Assembly: GCA_000431975.1 (NCBI GenBank)
Contig: HF988582.1
Coordinates: 1,946-65,945 of the forward strand
Length of the DNA: 64,000 nt
From: Prevotella sp. CAG:924
GTDB lineage: Bacteria; Bacteroidota; Bacteroidia; Bacteroidales; Bacteroidaceae
Reading direction: 5' to 3'
How positions within the stretch are numbered: position 1 is the stretch's first letter; every line of letters starts with the position of its first letter. Below, one piece after another: positions 28,271 to 39,117 of this stretch. The translations under genes and the position numbers were made by a program. The notes beneath the pieces are model-generated. The model saw only the letters and a program-made list of their open reading frames with translations. It ran no database searches and had not been told where the DNA came from.

Positions 28271-30931
28271 TTAGCTGTGGCCGGTGACGATCTTCTTGAT
28301 GTCGTTGAGCTTGTTGAGCGCTTCCACGGGTGTGAGGTTGTTGATGTCCAGTCCGAGGATCTCATCGCGAACCTGCGAGAGAACGGGATCGTCAAGCTGG
28401 AAGATGCTCAGCTGGGTGCCTTCAGCCTGCTGTATGTGCTCCACGTTGGGCTTGCCGACCGATCCCACTTCCGCGTTGTCGGCCTCCAGCTGGTGGAGGA
28501 TGATGTTGGCACGCTTGACGATAGAGCGGGGCATACCTGCGATTTCCGCTACATGGATACCGAAGGAGTGCTCTGAGCCGCCCGGCTCCAGCTTGCGCAG
28601 GAAGATCACCTTGCCGTCGACCTCTTTCACTGATACATTATAGTTCTTGATCCTGCTGAAGTGACGGGCCATCTCATTGAGCTCGTGATAGTGGGTGGCA
28701 AAGAGCGTGCGGGCCCGTGCGCGTGGCTGCTCATGCAGATATTCTACGATGGCCCAGGCTATGGAGATGCCGTCGTAGGTGCTTGTACCGCGTCCGAGCT
28801 CGTCGAAGAGAACGAGCGAGCGGGGCGTAACATTGTTGAGGATGTCGGCAGCCTCGGTCATCTCTACCATGAAGGTGGACTCGCCGAGGGAGATGTTGTC
28901 GCTGGCACCCACACGGGTGAATATCTTGTCGACTACGCCTATTCTCGCGCTTTCTGCGGGCACGAAGCATCCGATCTGGGCGAGCAGTACGATGAGGGCC
29001 GTCTGACGCAGCAGAGCCGACTTTCCGGCCATGTTCGGGCCGGTAATCATCATGATCTGCTGTTTCTCGTTGTCGAGGAACACATCGTTGGGCACATAAC
29101 GCTCACCGAGCGGTATCTGCGTCTCGATGACGGGATGGCGTCCCTGGCGGATATCGACCACCTCGCTCTCGTCGACGATCGGACGTACGTAGGAATTCTC
29201 CTCTGAGGTCTTGGCGAATGAAAGAAGGCAGTCGAGACGGGCGAGCAGGGTAGCGTCGATCTGTATCAGGGGGATAAACTCCTGCATGGCCTGTATCAGC
29301 TCGGCAAAGAGACGGGCCTCCAGTTCGAGGATCTTTTCGTCCGCACCGAGTATTTTTTCCTCGTATTCTTTCAGCTCATCGGTGATGTAGCGTTCGGCCT
29401 GCGCCAGGGTCTGCTTGCGTATCCAGTTGGCAGGCACGTGGTCCTTGAACGTATTTCTCACTTCGAGGTAGTATCCGAACACGTTGTTGAAGCCTACTTT
29501 CAGGGAAGTGATGCCGGTCTTCTGAATCTCTCTCTGCTGGATGTCGAGCAGATAGTCGCGTCCGTTGCGTGAGATCGACCGCAGTTCGTCGAGCTCGGGG
29601 CTATAGCCGTCGGCAATGACGCCGCCTTTGTTGACGAGCTGAGGCGGGTCGGGGGTGATCTCATGGTCGATGCGGTCGCGCAGGCTCTCGCAGACGTTGA
29701 GTTGCTCGCCGATGCGCTGGAGATGCTCGTCTCCGCTGCTCATGCAGGCCGACTTGATGGGTTGTATGGCCATAAGAGCCACTTTCAGCTGGTTGACCTC
29801 GCGTGGCGAGACCCTTCCGACAGCCACGCGTGAGATGATGCGCTCCAAATCGCCCATGCGGTGAAGCTGCTCGTCGACCACCTGTCTGAACTCCGGCTTC
29901 CGGAAGAAGTATTCCACTCCGTTTTGCCGGTCGCAGATGGGCTTCACGTCTTTTAGTGGGAACACTATCCAGCGGCGCAGCATTCGGCTGCCCATAGGCG
30001 TGGAAGTGCGGTCTATGACGTTCAGGAGCGACTGCCCGTCTTCCTGCATGGGCTCGACGAGCTCCAGGGAGCGGATGGTGAAGCGGTCGAGTCGCACGTA
30101 ACGTTCCTCGTCAATGCGGCGCAGTGAGGTGATATGGCTGATGTGGGTGTGTTGCGTCAGATCGAGGTATTGCATGATGGCACCCGAGGCGATGATGCCT
30201 TCCTTGAGGTGTTCAACGCCGAAGCCTTTGAGAGACTTTGTCTTGAAATGCTTGAGAAGGCGTTGGCGTGCGCTCTGCTCGGTGAATACCCAGTCATCGA
30301 GTTGGAAGGTGACCCACTTCGTACCGAAGTAGCGTTCGAAGTCCTGCTTACGGTCGCGGTCGTAGAGCACCTCCTTCGGCATGAAGTTGCCCAGGAGCTT
30401 TTCCACATAGTCGTAGGTGCCTTCGCCGGTGAGAAACTCACCGGTGGAGATGTCGAGAAAGCTGATGCCGCAGGCTGTACGGCCAAAGTGGATGGCGGCG
30501 AGGAAGTTGTTCTCCTTGTAGTTGAGCATGTTGTCGCTCATGGCAATGCCCGGCGTGACCAGTTCGGTGATGCCGCGCTTCACCATCTTGTCCATCTCCG
30601 TGAGTCCTTTCTTGCCTTTCAGGGCAGCACGTTTCTTCTTCGGATCTTCCAGCTGGTCGCAGATGGCGACGCGCTTGCCGGCGCGTATGAGCTTCGGCAG
30701 ATAGGTGTCAAGGGCATGGTGGGGAAAGCCTGCCATCTCAGCGCCTTGGGAAGCGCCATTGTTGCGGCGCGTGAGCGTGATGCCCAGTATTTTGGAGGCT
30801 TCGATGGCATCATCGCCGTAAGTCTCGTAGAAGTCGCCGCAGCGGAAGAGCATGATCGCATTGGGATGCTTGGCTTTCAGCTGGTAGAACTGCTTCATCA
30901 TCGGGGTCAGCGACGTATCGTTTTTCGACAT
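28271..30931 (-). CDS. mutS: DNA mismatch repair protein MutS
   Basis: 886 aa with N-terminal mismatch-binding, connector, clamp and ABC ATPase domains ([20 protein letters not shown]) and a C-terminal helix-turn-helix region. Confidence 0.95.
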   Translation of the reverse strand: MSKNDTSLTPMMKQFYQLKAKHPNAIMLFRCGDFYETYGDDAIEASKILGITLTRRNNGASQGAEMAGFPHHALDTYLPKLIRAGKRVAICDQLEDPKKKRAALKGKKGLTEMDKMVKRGITELVTPGIAMSDNMLNYKENNFLAAIHFGRTACGISFLDISTGEFLTGEGTYDYVEKLLGNFMPKEVLYDRDRKQDFERYFGTKWVTFQLDDWVFTEQSARQRLLKHFKTKSLKGFGVEHLKEGIIASGAIMQYLDLTQHTHISHITSLRRIDEERYVRLDRFTIRSLELVEPMQEDGQSLLNVIDRTSTPMGSRMLRRWIVFPLKDVKPICDRQNGVEYFFRKPEFRQVVDEQLHRMGDLERIISRVAVGRVSPREVNQLKVALMAIQPIKSACMSSGDEHLQRIGEQLNVCESLRDRIDHEITPDPPQLVNKGGVIADGYSPELDELRSISRNGRDYLLDIQQREIQKTGITSLKVGFNNVFGYYLEVRNTFKDHVPANWIRKQTLAQAERYITDELKEYEEKILGADEKILELEARLFAELIQAMQEFIPLIQIDATLLARLDCLLSFAKTSEENSYVRPIVDESEVVDIRQGRHPVIETQIPLGERYVPNDVFLDNEKQQIMMITGPNMAGKSALLRQTALIVLLAQIGCFVPAESARIGVVDKIFTRVGASDNISLGESTFMVEMTEAADILNNVTPRSLVLFDELGRGTSTYDGISIAWAIVEYLHEQPRARARTLFATHYHELNEMARHFSRIKNYNVSVKEVDGKVIFLRKLEPGGSEHSFGIHVAEIAGMPRSIVKRANIILHQLEADNAEVGSVGKPNVEHIQQAEGTQLSIFQLDDPVLSQVRDEILGLDINNLTPVEALNKLNDIKKIVTGHS

Positions 30932-30948
30932 ATGACAGTAATTCCTTT

Positions 30949-32193
30949 CTATTTTTTCTTGGGTTGTTTGACAAGTCCTCCCAGTCCTGTGAGGAGGGCT
31001 TTTGCAAGGGGATTGTTGGCGAGCTCCTTGTCCTCTTCAGACTCTTCCTCGGGCTCTTCGATGAAGTCGAGCTTGCGGGGATCGCGCTCGATGATGCGGT
31101 AGAGGGAGCGTCCGTGTATGCGGCTGCGTGGGAATCCGGCTTCCTGCAGGGCAAATCCGACGTCTTGGTTGGCATGCTCGCCGGGTGTCCAATACGGGTA
31201 TTCTTTCATCAGTCGGTCGATGATCGCATCGATACTGATGGCCTTCACACGCTTGTCACCACGTGGAACGCCGTAGAGTGTCTGCACCATCTTCACGAGA
31301 TTGTCGGCCTCTTGGTACGGACCGTTCTGTATGGCACGCCGTTCACGCTCCTGATCGGTAAGTTCCAGTTCGGCGCCTTCGTCGATCTCTTGTGTCAGCT
31401 GAGCATAGAGCTGCTCGTAGTCAATGGGTGTCTTGAGATCGATACGGCGTTCAACCTCGAAGCACACCAGACGGGCTGCTCCTGCCGCATCGGTCATGGG
31501 ATGGAGGTTGCCTGTCGTGGCGATGACGGCGGCATAGGCTCTCCGTGGCTCTGCGTTGACGCCGTAGGGCTGACGGAACACCGGCTCGCTGCGTGAGAAG
31601 AGATATTGCGAGAGCGCTTCCATCTCGGTGTGCTCCTGATAATATTCGTCAGCACATACGAGGAGGTTGGTGCTCACCAGATGGTGCACGTCACTTGTGG
31701 AGTGGAGCTGTATCTTGTCGGTGTAGTAGCGACGTAGCTCAGGGGGGAGGAGCAGGGAGCAGAAGGTGGTCTTTCCCAGACCGAAGCCACCTACGAGAAC
31801 GGGTACGGTGAGGTCGCGCTGCTTGATCTTGTATCCTCGCCAGCGTGCCACCATCTGCAGCATGAAGGTGTGAAGGCTCTGCGGCCACTCCCTGTTGCTC
31901 GTGATGATGCGTTGTGCGAGCGGCTCAACGCGGTCTTCTCCGTCCCAGTCGGGTAGGGAAGAGAGCCAGTTCTCCGCCGGGTTGAAGCGGTCGATGAGCG
32001 TTGACTGGCAGTAGCGGGCGATGGTCGTCTCGTCCAGTGTGACGCCTTCGCGTCCCGCTTCCAATATCAGGGTGTTCACAGCTTCCGGCGAGAGTACTTC
32101 GTAATGCTCACCATCATGGCTATAGAGCGTCTCGCCCGTGAGAATATTGTGTCTCAGCATGCAGTGCTCTTCGAGATATGTCAGTGGGTCCAT
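30949..32193 (-). CDS. SF3-helicase-like P-loop protein (phage/plasmid primase-helicase, VirE/D5 family C-terminal domain)
   Basis: 414 aa with Walker [11 protein letters not shown], Walker B LLVCADE and motif [11 protein letters not shown] (the conserved Asn), followed by the D5-like RQPYG segment. The stop is 18 nt before the mutS start, in the same orientation. Confidence 0.5.
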   Translation of the reverse strand: MDPLTYLEEHCMLRHNILTGETLYSHDGEHYEVLSPEAVNTLILEAGREGVTLDETTIARYCQSTLIDRFNPAENWLSSLPDWDGEDRVEPLAQRIITSNREWPQSLHTFMLQMVARWRGYKIKQRDLTVPVLVGGFGLGKTTFCSLLLPPELRRYYTDKIQLHSTSDVHHLVSTNLLVCADEYYQEHTEMEALSQYLFSRSEPVFRQPYGVNAEPRRAYAAVIATTGNLHPMTDAAGAARLVCFEVERRIDLKTPIDYEQLYAQLTQEIDEGAELELTDQERERRAIQNGPYQEADNLVKMVQTLYGVPRGDKRVKAISIDAIIDRLMKEYPYWTPGEHANQDVGFALQEAGFPRSRIHGRSLYRIIERDPRKLDFIEEPEEESEEDKELANNPLAKALLTGLGGLVKQPKKK

Positions 32194-32588
32194 TCCTTAT
32201 TTTTCTTTTGTAGGCAAAAATAAGAAAAATAATCCGAAGGAGAAAAGAAAGGCTGAAAATAATCGGCCACGGCACGGAATGGCTGTAGGGGCCAGGCGGT
32301 CGCAAGATATGGAAATCCGTGGCCGGCAGTCCGTATGATGATGTCGGGAGCCGGTCACGGATTTCATGGGTCGTGATAAAGGATGTGGGAAAGGCATCTT
32401 CGTGTGCTTATCCGGGGATGTCTTTTCTCATCGTATGATGGTCTTGGAGGGTGGCGGCAGCATCATCTGACAGTTGTCGGAATGGATGTTCGCTCTTCTT
32501 AGGAGGAATCACATTCGTTCCGGAATCGTATGCCGTGTTTCTGCTATACCAAGAATAGGCTTTTTCTGCCGGATGCTCGTCTAGAAGG

Positions 32589-33626
32589 CTATTCTTCCGT
32601 AAAGAGCACTTGTACGAGTGTCTGTCCTACCGCCTTCAGCGTACTCTTGTCGATGTGCTGCATATTGTCATCCATCGTATGCCAGGTAGGTCCGAAGGAA
32701 CTCTCGGGACAATCGGGATAGTAAGGCACGATGTCGATACAGGGAATTCCGGCTTTCTGGTTTACGGGGATATGGTCGTCCGTGATCATTCCGCCGTCGC
32801 TCTTGGGGAAGAAAGAGCCGTATCCGGCCTGCCGGGCAGCCTTCCATACTTTCTTTACGATCTCGGGTGCATACTGCTTTGACATGCCTTCCTGATAGAA
32901 GCGGGCGCCCTGTCCGCCTACCATGTCGAGTAGAATGCCGTAGCGGGGGGCATAGCCTTGCGGAATGTTTGATGACCAGTATTGTGCTCCGAGCGCCCAG
33001 GAGTCGCCCGTATTGGGCAGGTCGCTCCAAGAGGGAGTGCCCCAGTCTTCAGCATCGAAGCAGACAAAATCGATGCCGAGCTGTTGGTTTTTCATGGCTT
33101 TCGCATTGGCGGGATTGTTCAGCAGTCGTGCCAGTTCGAGCATTACGGCCACGCCTGAGGCGGCATCATTGGCTGCAAGGATGGGAGTGCGGTGCTTGGT
33201 GGAGTCGGGATCGTTGTCGGCCCACGGGCGGGAGTCCCAATGGGCGCAGATGAGGATACGTGTAGTGGCCTCGGGACGATAGCGGGCAATGATGTTTGTG
33301 CTATGGAGCACGGTTCCGTCGTAGCCCTTCAGGTCGGCCTTCTGGGTCTTTACGGTACAGCCCAGTCTTTTGAACTGGCTGACGATCCATGCCTCGCATT
33401 GGTCATGAGCAGGGGTGTTCATTGGCCGGGGACCGAAATCGCACTGTGCCTGTGTGAAGGCATAGGCTGAGTCGGCATTGAATGCGGGACCGACGGGGGC
33501 AACCTTCTCCTCTTCTTCCTCTTCGTCGGGTAAGGGAGTAGGGGATGGATGGAAGAGTAGAAAGCCGATGGCAGCAATACATGCTATAGATATCACGGTT
33601 ATCGTTATTTTAGTTTTCTTTTTCAT
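32589..33626 (-). CDS. M28-family zinc peptidase / glutaminyl-peptide cyclotransferase-like protein
   Basis: 345 aa with a signal peptide plus an acidic linker and the M28/glutaminyl-cyclase fold (ICAHWDSRPWAD..., metal-binding Asp/Glu/His pattern). Confidence 0.65.
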   Translation of the reverse strand: MKKKTKITITVISIACIAAIGFLLFHPSPTPLPDEEEEEEKVAPVGPAFNADSAYAFTQAQCDFGPRPMNTPAHDQCEAWIVSQFKRLGCTVKTQKADLKGYDGTVLHSTNIIARYRPEATTRILICAHWDSRPWADNDPDSTKHRTPILAANDAASGVAVMLELARLLNNPANAKAMKNQQLGIDFVCFDAEDWGTPSWSDLPNTGDSWALGAQYWSSNIPQGYAPRYGILLDMVGGQGARFYQEGMSKQYAPEIVKKVWKAARQAGYGSFFPKSDGGMITDDHIPVNQKAGIPCIDIVPYYPDCPESSFGPTWHTMDDNMQHIDKSTLKAVGQTLVQVLFTEE

Positions 33627-33743
33627 CTTGCTTAATTGGATGGTGCGATCGTGTCATGACCGGTCACGATGGTATGTGAGTCTGTTGTATGTCCCGTGAC
33701 AGACGCGGGACACAGTCTGTGCGGATATGATTCTCATAAAGGA

Positions 33744-35657
33744 TCATGCCTGACGGGCAGCCTGGACTTCGCCCATGACGCGCAGCCAGTTGCCGCCCCA
33801 GATCTTCTGCAGATCATTGTCGGAGAAACCACGTTGGCGGAGCAGGCGGGTGAGATTGATCATCTCTGAGGCATCGGCCAGTCCGCGGACTCCTCCATCG
33901 CCATCGAAATCGCTGCCAATGCCTACATGGTTGATACCCATCACGTCAATGGCATGTTCCAAATGGGCAATGGCGTCGGCCACCGTGGCCTCGCCGTCGA
34001 GACGGAGGAATCCGTGATAGAGCGTGATCTGCATCACACCGCCCTGTTGGGCCAGGGCACGCATCTGCTCATCGGTGAGGTTGCGCACATGGTCGCAGAG
34101 GGCACGACAGCAGGCATGCGAGCATACAATGGGTGTCTTCGATTGCTGGAGAGCATCGAAGAACGATTTTTCACTGGCATGGCTCAGATCGACCATGATA
34201 CCTTCACGGTTCATGGCATCAATCACCTCACGACCGAAGTGGGAGAGACCATTGTGTGTGTTGCAGCCGCGTGCAGAGTCGCAGATGTCGTTGTCGCCAT
34301 TGTGGCAGAGCGTGATATATACAATGCCACGCTGGGCGAAGTGGCTTACGTTAGCAAGGTCGTGCTCGAGAGCCAGTCCGTTTTCAATGCCGAAGAGGAT
34401 CGACTTACGTCCGTTGCGCTTATCCTCATACAGGTCGGCCGGCGTGCGTGCGATACTGATGTAGTCGCTGTTCTGTCCGACGATCTGCTCGAGCTTGTCA
34501 AAGATAAGGTCAGCATATTGGCGGGGGGAGAGACTGTAGGCCGGCAAGACGTCAGGAGCTGCGTCCTCCGTCTTGTCTGGCAGGGTCGCGTCCTTCCACT
34601 CAGGCAATGTGTTGAGCAATTCGGGATTATGATGCAGGATACCGGCGATGTCGACCTTTTGCGAGAATGTCTCGCCCATCTTCGGTTGGGGCAGGTAAGC
34701 CACCATGACGACGGCGTCCTGATGGCCGTCAGACATCTTGTGCAGGTCGTAGAGGATGCGTGGATCGCGGTGGTCGAACTCAATACCTTGAGGGAAAAAC
34801 ATCGGTGTGTCGCAATGGGAGTCGAGGGTGAGGGTACGGTGATGGAATGCCTTGGCTTCGGAGAAGTCCTCAGCTTCCTTGACAAGCCATTGAAACAGTC
34901 GTCGTCCTTCTTCCCCGAGCCATTCAGGATGCCACTGCACGCCTAAGATGGATTTGTATTCGGTGTTCTCGATGGCTTCGATGATACCGTCGGAAGCTGT
35001 GGCAGCGATGCGGAAACGTTGTCCCGGATCACTGATGGCCTGGTGGTGAAAACTGTTGACGAATAATTTGACAGCTGTCGGACTTGCGACCTTATTGTCA
35101 TGGGTAGTAGGGGCAGCGTCGCGATAGATGCTGTCGAGTATTGTCCCGGGCACGATGCTTATGCTGTGGGTTGGCTCGTATCGGTCGGCATCCTGACTGT
35201 GCTTGATGACGTCCTTACGGGCACTGATGTCCTGTGCCACCTTTCCTCCCAAGGCAACGGCCAGTGTCTGTATGCCTCTGCAGATGCCCAGCATGGGTAT
35301 CTGACGGTTGTAGGCCAGACGGACAGTGAGCAACTCGGCTAGATCGCGCTGGCTGTTGATGCTGTGCAGGGCAGGAGAAGGCTCCTCATCACACCATAGC
35401 GGATTGATATCGCCTCCACCGGTGAAAATCAGGCCGTCTATGTTCTCTAATGTGTTGATAATCACATCTGTATCTGGTACTGGAGGAATGAGTAGCGGCG
35501 TGCCTCCAGCTGCTACCACTTGGCGGTAATAAACATCACTGAGAACGCTGCCTCCGTTGGTATAATTAGCTGTTAGACCAATCACCGGACGGCGCTTGGC
35601 TTCAGGGTAATGAGCATACACTTCATGCAGATGTGTATCCAGCATAAATCTTTTCAT
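33744..35657 (-). CDS. Fusion protein: class-I glutamine amidotransferase-like peptidase (C26, PuuD family) joined to an M19 membrane dipeptidase
   Basis: The N-terminal half carries the C26 nucleophile LGICRGIQ and FHHQAI. The C-terminal half carries M19 motifs (LDSHCDTP, VDLSHAS, GIGSDFDG). The probable start is the ATG at 35657 (MKRFML) rather than the ORF-track start at 35705. Confidence 0.75.
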   Translation of the reverse strand: MKRFMLDTHLHEVYAHYPEAKRRPVIGLTANYTNGGSVLSDVYYRQVVAAGGTPLLIPPVPDTDVIINTLENIDGLIFTGGGDINPLWCDEEPSPALHSINSQRDLAELLTVRLAYNRQIPMLGICRGIQTLAVALGGKVAQDISARKDVIKHSQDADRYEPTHSISIVPGTILDSIYRDAAPTTHDNKVASPTAVKLFVNSFHHQAISDPGQRFRIAATASDGIIEAIENTEYKSILGVQWHPEWLGEEGRRLFQWLVKEAEDFSEAKAFHHRTLTLDSHCDTPMFFPQGIEFDHRDPRILYDLHKMSDGHQDAVVMVAYLPQPKMGETFSQKVDIAGILHHNPELLNTLPEWKDATLPDKTEDAAPDVLPAYSLSPRQYADLIFDKLEQIVGQNSDYISIARTPADLYEDKRNGRKSILFGIENGLALEHDLANVSHFAQRGIVYITLCHNGDNDICDSARGCNTHNGLSHFGREVIDAMNREGIMVDLSHASEKSFFDALQQSKTPIVCSHACCRALCDHVRNLTDEQMRALAQQGGVMQITLYHGFLRLDGEATVADAIAHLEHAIDVMGINHVGIGSDFDGDGGVRGLADASEMINLTRLLRQRGFSDNDLQKIWGGNWLRVMGEVQAARQA

Positions 35658-35767
35658 AGTAGTATATTTAAGGACGGCTGAATCCGCCGTCCGTCCATCA
35701 TGCACTCTTAGCAGTGGATGTGTCCAGCGTCAGCGTCAAGAAGGGACGTCTGTTGCTGGCAGAGGTC

Positions 35768-36235
35768 TCAGTCTTCTTCGATTTTTACAGGTATCTCACG
35801 TTTGATACTTTGTTCGAGAGAGATGAGGGTTTCGGTAGAGACAACACCGGGAATCGACTGCATCTTGTTGTTGAGCAGGTCCATGAGCTGTTCATTATCC
35901 TTGGCATAAAGCTTGACAAGCATGGTGTAAGAACCTGTCGTGAAATGGCATTCCACAATTTCGGGAATGTGGTTGAGCCGTTCTACAACGTCCTTATACA
36001 TTGATCCACGTTCCAGATTGATGCCTACATAGGTACATGTGGAGTAGCCAAGGCTTTTGGGATTGATGTCGAAACTGCTGCCGGTTATGACTCCACTCTC
36101 TATGAGATGCTGTACACGCTGATGGATAGCTGCGCGTGAAACGCCGCATTCTACAGCCACATCCTTGAATGGTATACGCGCATTCTTGGACAAGATTGAA
36201 AGTATCTTTTTGTCTAATTTGTCTATTTTATCCAT
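35768..36235 (-). CDS. Lrp/AsnC family transcriptional regulator
   Basis: About 155 aa from MDKIDKLDKKILSIL, with an N-terminal HTH and a C-terminal RAM domain. The ORF-track 5' extension is implausible. Confidence 0.85.
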   Translation of the reverse strand: MDKIDKLDKKILSILSKNARIPFKDVAVECGVSRAAIHQRVQHLIESGVITGSSFDINPKSLGYSTCTYVGINLERGSMYKDVVERLNHIPEIVECHFTTGSYTMLVKLYAKDNEQLMDLLNNKMQSIPGVVSTETLISLEQSIKREIPVKIEED

Positions 36236-36361
36236 AGTGATAACGTTTCTATTGATTGCAATTAGTAAGCAAAAGTAGCAAATATTATCGACTAATACAA
36301 TAAAATGCACGATTATTATTGGAATAATCGTGCATTTTGTCATTTATAAGTCTTTTAAAGC

Positions 36362-37372
36362 TTATTTTTTAGTTGTTTTTGCACTTTTTGCGGTTGTCTT
36401 TTTCTTAGCTACGGTCTTGTTGCCGGTTTGAGTCTTGGTAGCGGGCTTGAGAGTTGCAGCCGGTTTTTTGTCAGGCTCAATACCTTTCAGTTCGACAGTA
36501 AAGATCAGAGCTGAATAAGGTTTGATCTGACCGGCCTGACGCTGGCCATAGGCAAGATCCTGAGGGATATAGAGTACCCACTTCGAGCCGACAGGCATCA
36601 TGGTAAGAGCTTCACCCCAACCTTTGATCACCTGGTCGCAACGGAAAGCATCGTAGCCCTTCTTGGTGTTGTGCTTGGAAGTAGCATCGAAAACGGTACC
36701 GTCAATGGTCTTGCCCTCATATACTACCTGTACAGTCTGTTCCTTGGTGGGCTTTGCACCTGTACCCATGGTAAGTACTTTGTACTGCAGGCCGCTGGCA
36801 GTGGTCTGTATGCTGTCCTTTGTCTTGTTGTCGGCCATCCATTGCTCGTTCTTGGCCTTCCATGCCTCGTTGGCGGCATTGATAATGGCCTGACTGCGTG
36901 TCTGGAAGTATTTGCGTGCCTTGGGCATGCTGAAGAACGTACTATCCTGACCCACGGCTGCGATGAATCCCTTATGGAAGAGAGAGGCTTTCAGAGAGTC
37001 GGGTGTGTCCTTAAGGTTACGGTTCATGCCGGGCAGAATACGCTCGGTAGCCTGCTGGGCAATGCTGGAACCTGCTACATAAGCCTTAAAAGCGGGGTCA
37101 GAAGCTTTGGCAATGGCATCTTCATAACCACGGATAAATTCTGGAAGCTGTGCCTCGTCGATGTGGAGCTGCTCCTTCAGATAGGGAAGCAGACCTTGGG
37201 TGGCTGCCATACCGGCAGCATAGGAGAGACTGTCGGAGGGTGTATTGAGCTGTACAATCACTACACGGGGCTGTTGAGCCTGTTTCTTCTGATCTTTCTT
37301 CTTATCGGCTGAAACGGTCATCGTGACGGCTGAGGCTAAGAGAAAGAAAGAGAGCAAAATGATCTTTTTCAT
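36362..37372 (-). CDS. FKBP-type peptidyl-prolyl cis-trans isomerase (FkpA-like), lipoprotein with Lys-rich tail
   Basis: 336 aa with a signal peptide, an FKBP domain (GxxFDSS...GWxE, ...LIFxVEL) and a C-terminal K/T-rich extension. Confidence 0.85.
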   Translation of the reverse strand: MKKIILLSFFLLASAVTMTVSADKKKDQKKQAQQPRVVIVQLNTPSDSLSYAAGMAATQGLLPYLKEQLHIDEAQLPEFIRGYEDAIAKASDPAFKAYVAGSSIAQQATERILPGMNRNLKDTPDSLKASLFHKGFIAAVGQDSTFFSMPKARKYFQTRSQAIINAANEAWKAKNEQWMADNKTKDSIQTTASGLQYKVLTMGTGAKPTKEQTVQVVYEGKTIDGTVFDATSKHNTKKGYDAFRCDQVIKGWGEALTMMPVGSKWVLYIPQDLAYGQRQAGQIKPYSALIFTVELKGIEPDKKPAATLKPATKTQTGNKTVAKKKTTAKSAKTTKK

Positions 37373-37551
37373 TGTTGCTGTTGACTATATATGAGATTGA
37401 ATAGTATCAATAGTTATCTGAGAGAGGGACTATAGCCATGCTCTTATATGATGACAGACAACAAATACACTCGTGTCTTCTCAAATATATGACAGACTAA
37501 AGACCCTCCCTCTTTTAATTCCGCATTTGCGGTTGAGGTGCAGATGCAATA

Positions 37552-38451
37552 TTATTTGCCGACCTTTACCAGTTCGATCTTGAAGATCAGAGCAGAGAAA
37601 GGCTTGATCTGACCAGCCTGACGCTCCTTATAAGCGAGCTGCTGGGGAATATATACCTCCCAGACAGAGCCCTCGGGCATGTGGGTCAGAGCCTCAGAGA
37701 AACCGGGGATCACCTGGTTGGCATGCATTGTCACAGGACGACCGCTCTTATAGCTGGAGTCGAACACCTTGCCATCGATGGTACGGCCTTCGTACTGAAC
37801 CTGTACGGTAGATGTATCAGAGGGGATGGTACCCTTTCCTTCCTTGAGAACTTTGTACTGTACACCCGACTTCAGAGTCACCACTCCGGGCTTTTTGGCA
37901 TTGGCAGCGAGGAACTTCTCACCGGCAGCCTTGTTAGGACCATACTCTTTTGACATGGTCTTTGTCTTGATGGCCTCCATCTTGGTCTGAGCCACATTCT
38001 GTGCCTGTGTGGGATCCATCAGACCCTTCTTGCCATTCACACCTGTGATGAAACCGGCCAAAAGGTTTTTCAGAGAGATAGTCTTTGTAGAGTCCTCGCC
38101 ATATACCTCGTGGTTGATGCCCTTAACGAGCTGGGTAGAGATCTGCTGACCGATCTGAAGACCCATGATATAAGCGGCTTTCTTCTTGTTGTCGCCGGCA
38201 TTGACACCCTCGTTGATACCCTTGATGAATTCGCTCATGTAGGTGGTGTCGATCACCTGGCCCTGTTGGATAGCCTGACGTACATACTGTGACTGTACCA
38301 GACCGATGGCGTAACTCATGGAGTCGACGTCAGTCTTCAGTTGTGCTTTAGGAGTAGAGTTGCCGCAGGCTGTGAAGGTGGCGGCAGCGACGGCCATAGC
38401 GGCCAAAAGATGAATCTTTTTCATTTTATCGTTTGATATTTTAAAATTCAA
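37552..38451 (-). CDS. FKBP-type peptidyl-prolyl cis-trans isomerase, lipoprotein
   Basis: 299 aa with lipobox TFTACG and an FKBP C-domain (VFDSSY...GFSEAL...LIFKIELVKV). Confidence 0.85.
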   Translation of the reverse strand: MNFKISNDKMKKIHLLAAMAVAAATFTACGNSTPKAQLKTDVDSMSYAIGLVQSQYVRQAIQQGQVIDTTYMSEFIKGINEGVNAGDNKKKAAYIMGLQIGQQISTQLVKGINHEVYGEDSTKTISLKNLLAGFITGVNGKKGLMDPTQAQNVAQTKMEAIKTKTMSKEYGPNKAAGEKFLAANAKKPGVVTLKSGVQYKVLKEGKGTIPSDTSTVQVQYEGRTIDGKVFDSSYKSGRPVTMHANQVIPGFSEALTHMPEGSVWEVYIPQQLAYKERQAGQIKPFSALIFKIELVKVGK

Positions 38452-38535
38452 TGGGATAAGTGCGGCGGAGAATTTCCCATGGCTGTTCTGATGGAATCAG
38501 GAAACAGCTCCGGCTCTGCCGTCGCTATCGTTTTT

Positions 38536-39117
38536 TTACTTCACTTTGATAAGTTCTACGTCGAAGATCAGCGTAGCATAGGGAGGAATAGACTGGCCGG
38601 CTCCTTGCTCGCCATAACCGAGGTGGTAGGGGATGAAGAAACGGTACTTGGCACCTTCCTGCATCAGCTGCAAGCCTTCTGTCCAGCCTTTGATTACCTG
38701 ATTGAGACCAAAAGTAGCCGTCTCGCCACGGCGGTAGCTCGAATCGAACACCTGACCATTGATGAGCTTGCCTTCGTAGTGGCACTCTACTTGATCAGTG
38801 GCATTCGGCTTTTGGCCATTGCCCTCGCGGAGTACTTCGTACTGCAGACCTGATGGGGTGGTTTTCACCTCGGCACGCTTGCCGTTCTCCTCAAGGAAAG
38901 CCTTGCCTTCGGCCTTCGCCTGGGCGGCCTGCTTCTCGGCCTGCTCCTGGAAGAACTTCTGGATGGTGGTCTGTGCTTCTGCTGCATCCATGCCTTGCTT
39001 TCCGGCAAGGACATCCTTGATGGCCTGTGCGAAGTCATCGATATTCAGTGTGGTGGCTCCCATATTGACGAGCTGGTTGCCAATGCTCATGCCAAGGGCA
39101 TAACTTACTTTGTCCAT
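38536..39117 (-). CDS. FKBP-type peptidyl-prolyl cis-trans isomerase, no signal peptide
   Basis: 193 aa with an FKBP domain (VFDSSYRRG...GWTEGL...LIFDVELIKVK). Confidence 0.85.
   Translation of the reverse strand: MDKVSYALGMSIGNQLVNMGATTLNIDDFAQAIKDVLAGKQGMDAAEAQTTIQKFFQEQAEKQAAQAKAEGKAFLEENGKRAEVKTTPSGLQYEVLREGNGQKPNATDQVECHYEGKLINGQVFDSSYRRGETATFGLNQVIKGWTEGLQLMQEGAKYRFFIPYHLGYGEQGAGQSIPPYATLIFDVELIKVK

Noticed and set aside
35658-35705. ORF-track start at 35705 (MHDGRTAD...) for the C26-M19 gene, and 36343 for the Lrp gene
   Set aside because: The internal ATGs at 35657 and 36235 give N-termini that match the conserved family starts (MKRF..VIGLTANY; MDKIDKLDKKIL). The extensions add non-conserved residues.
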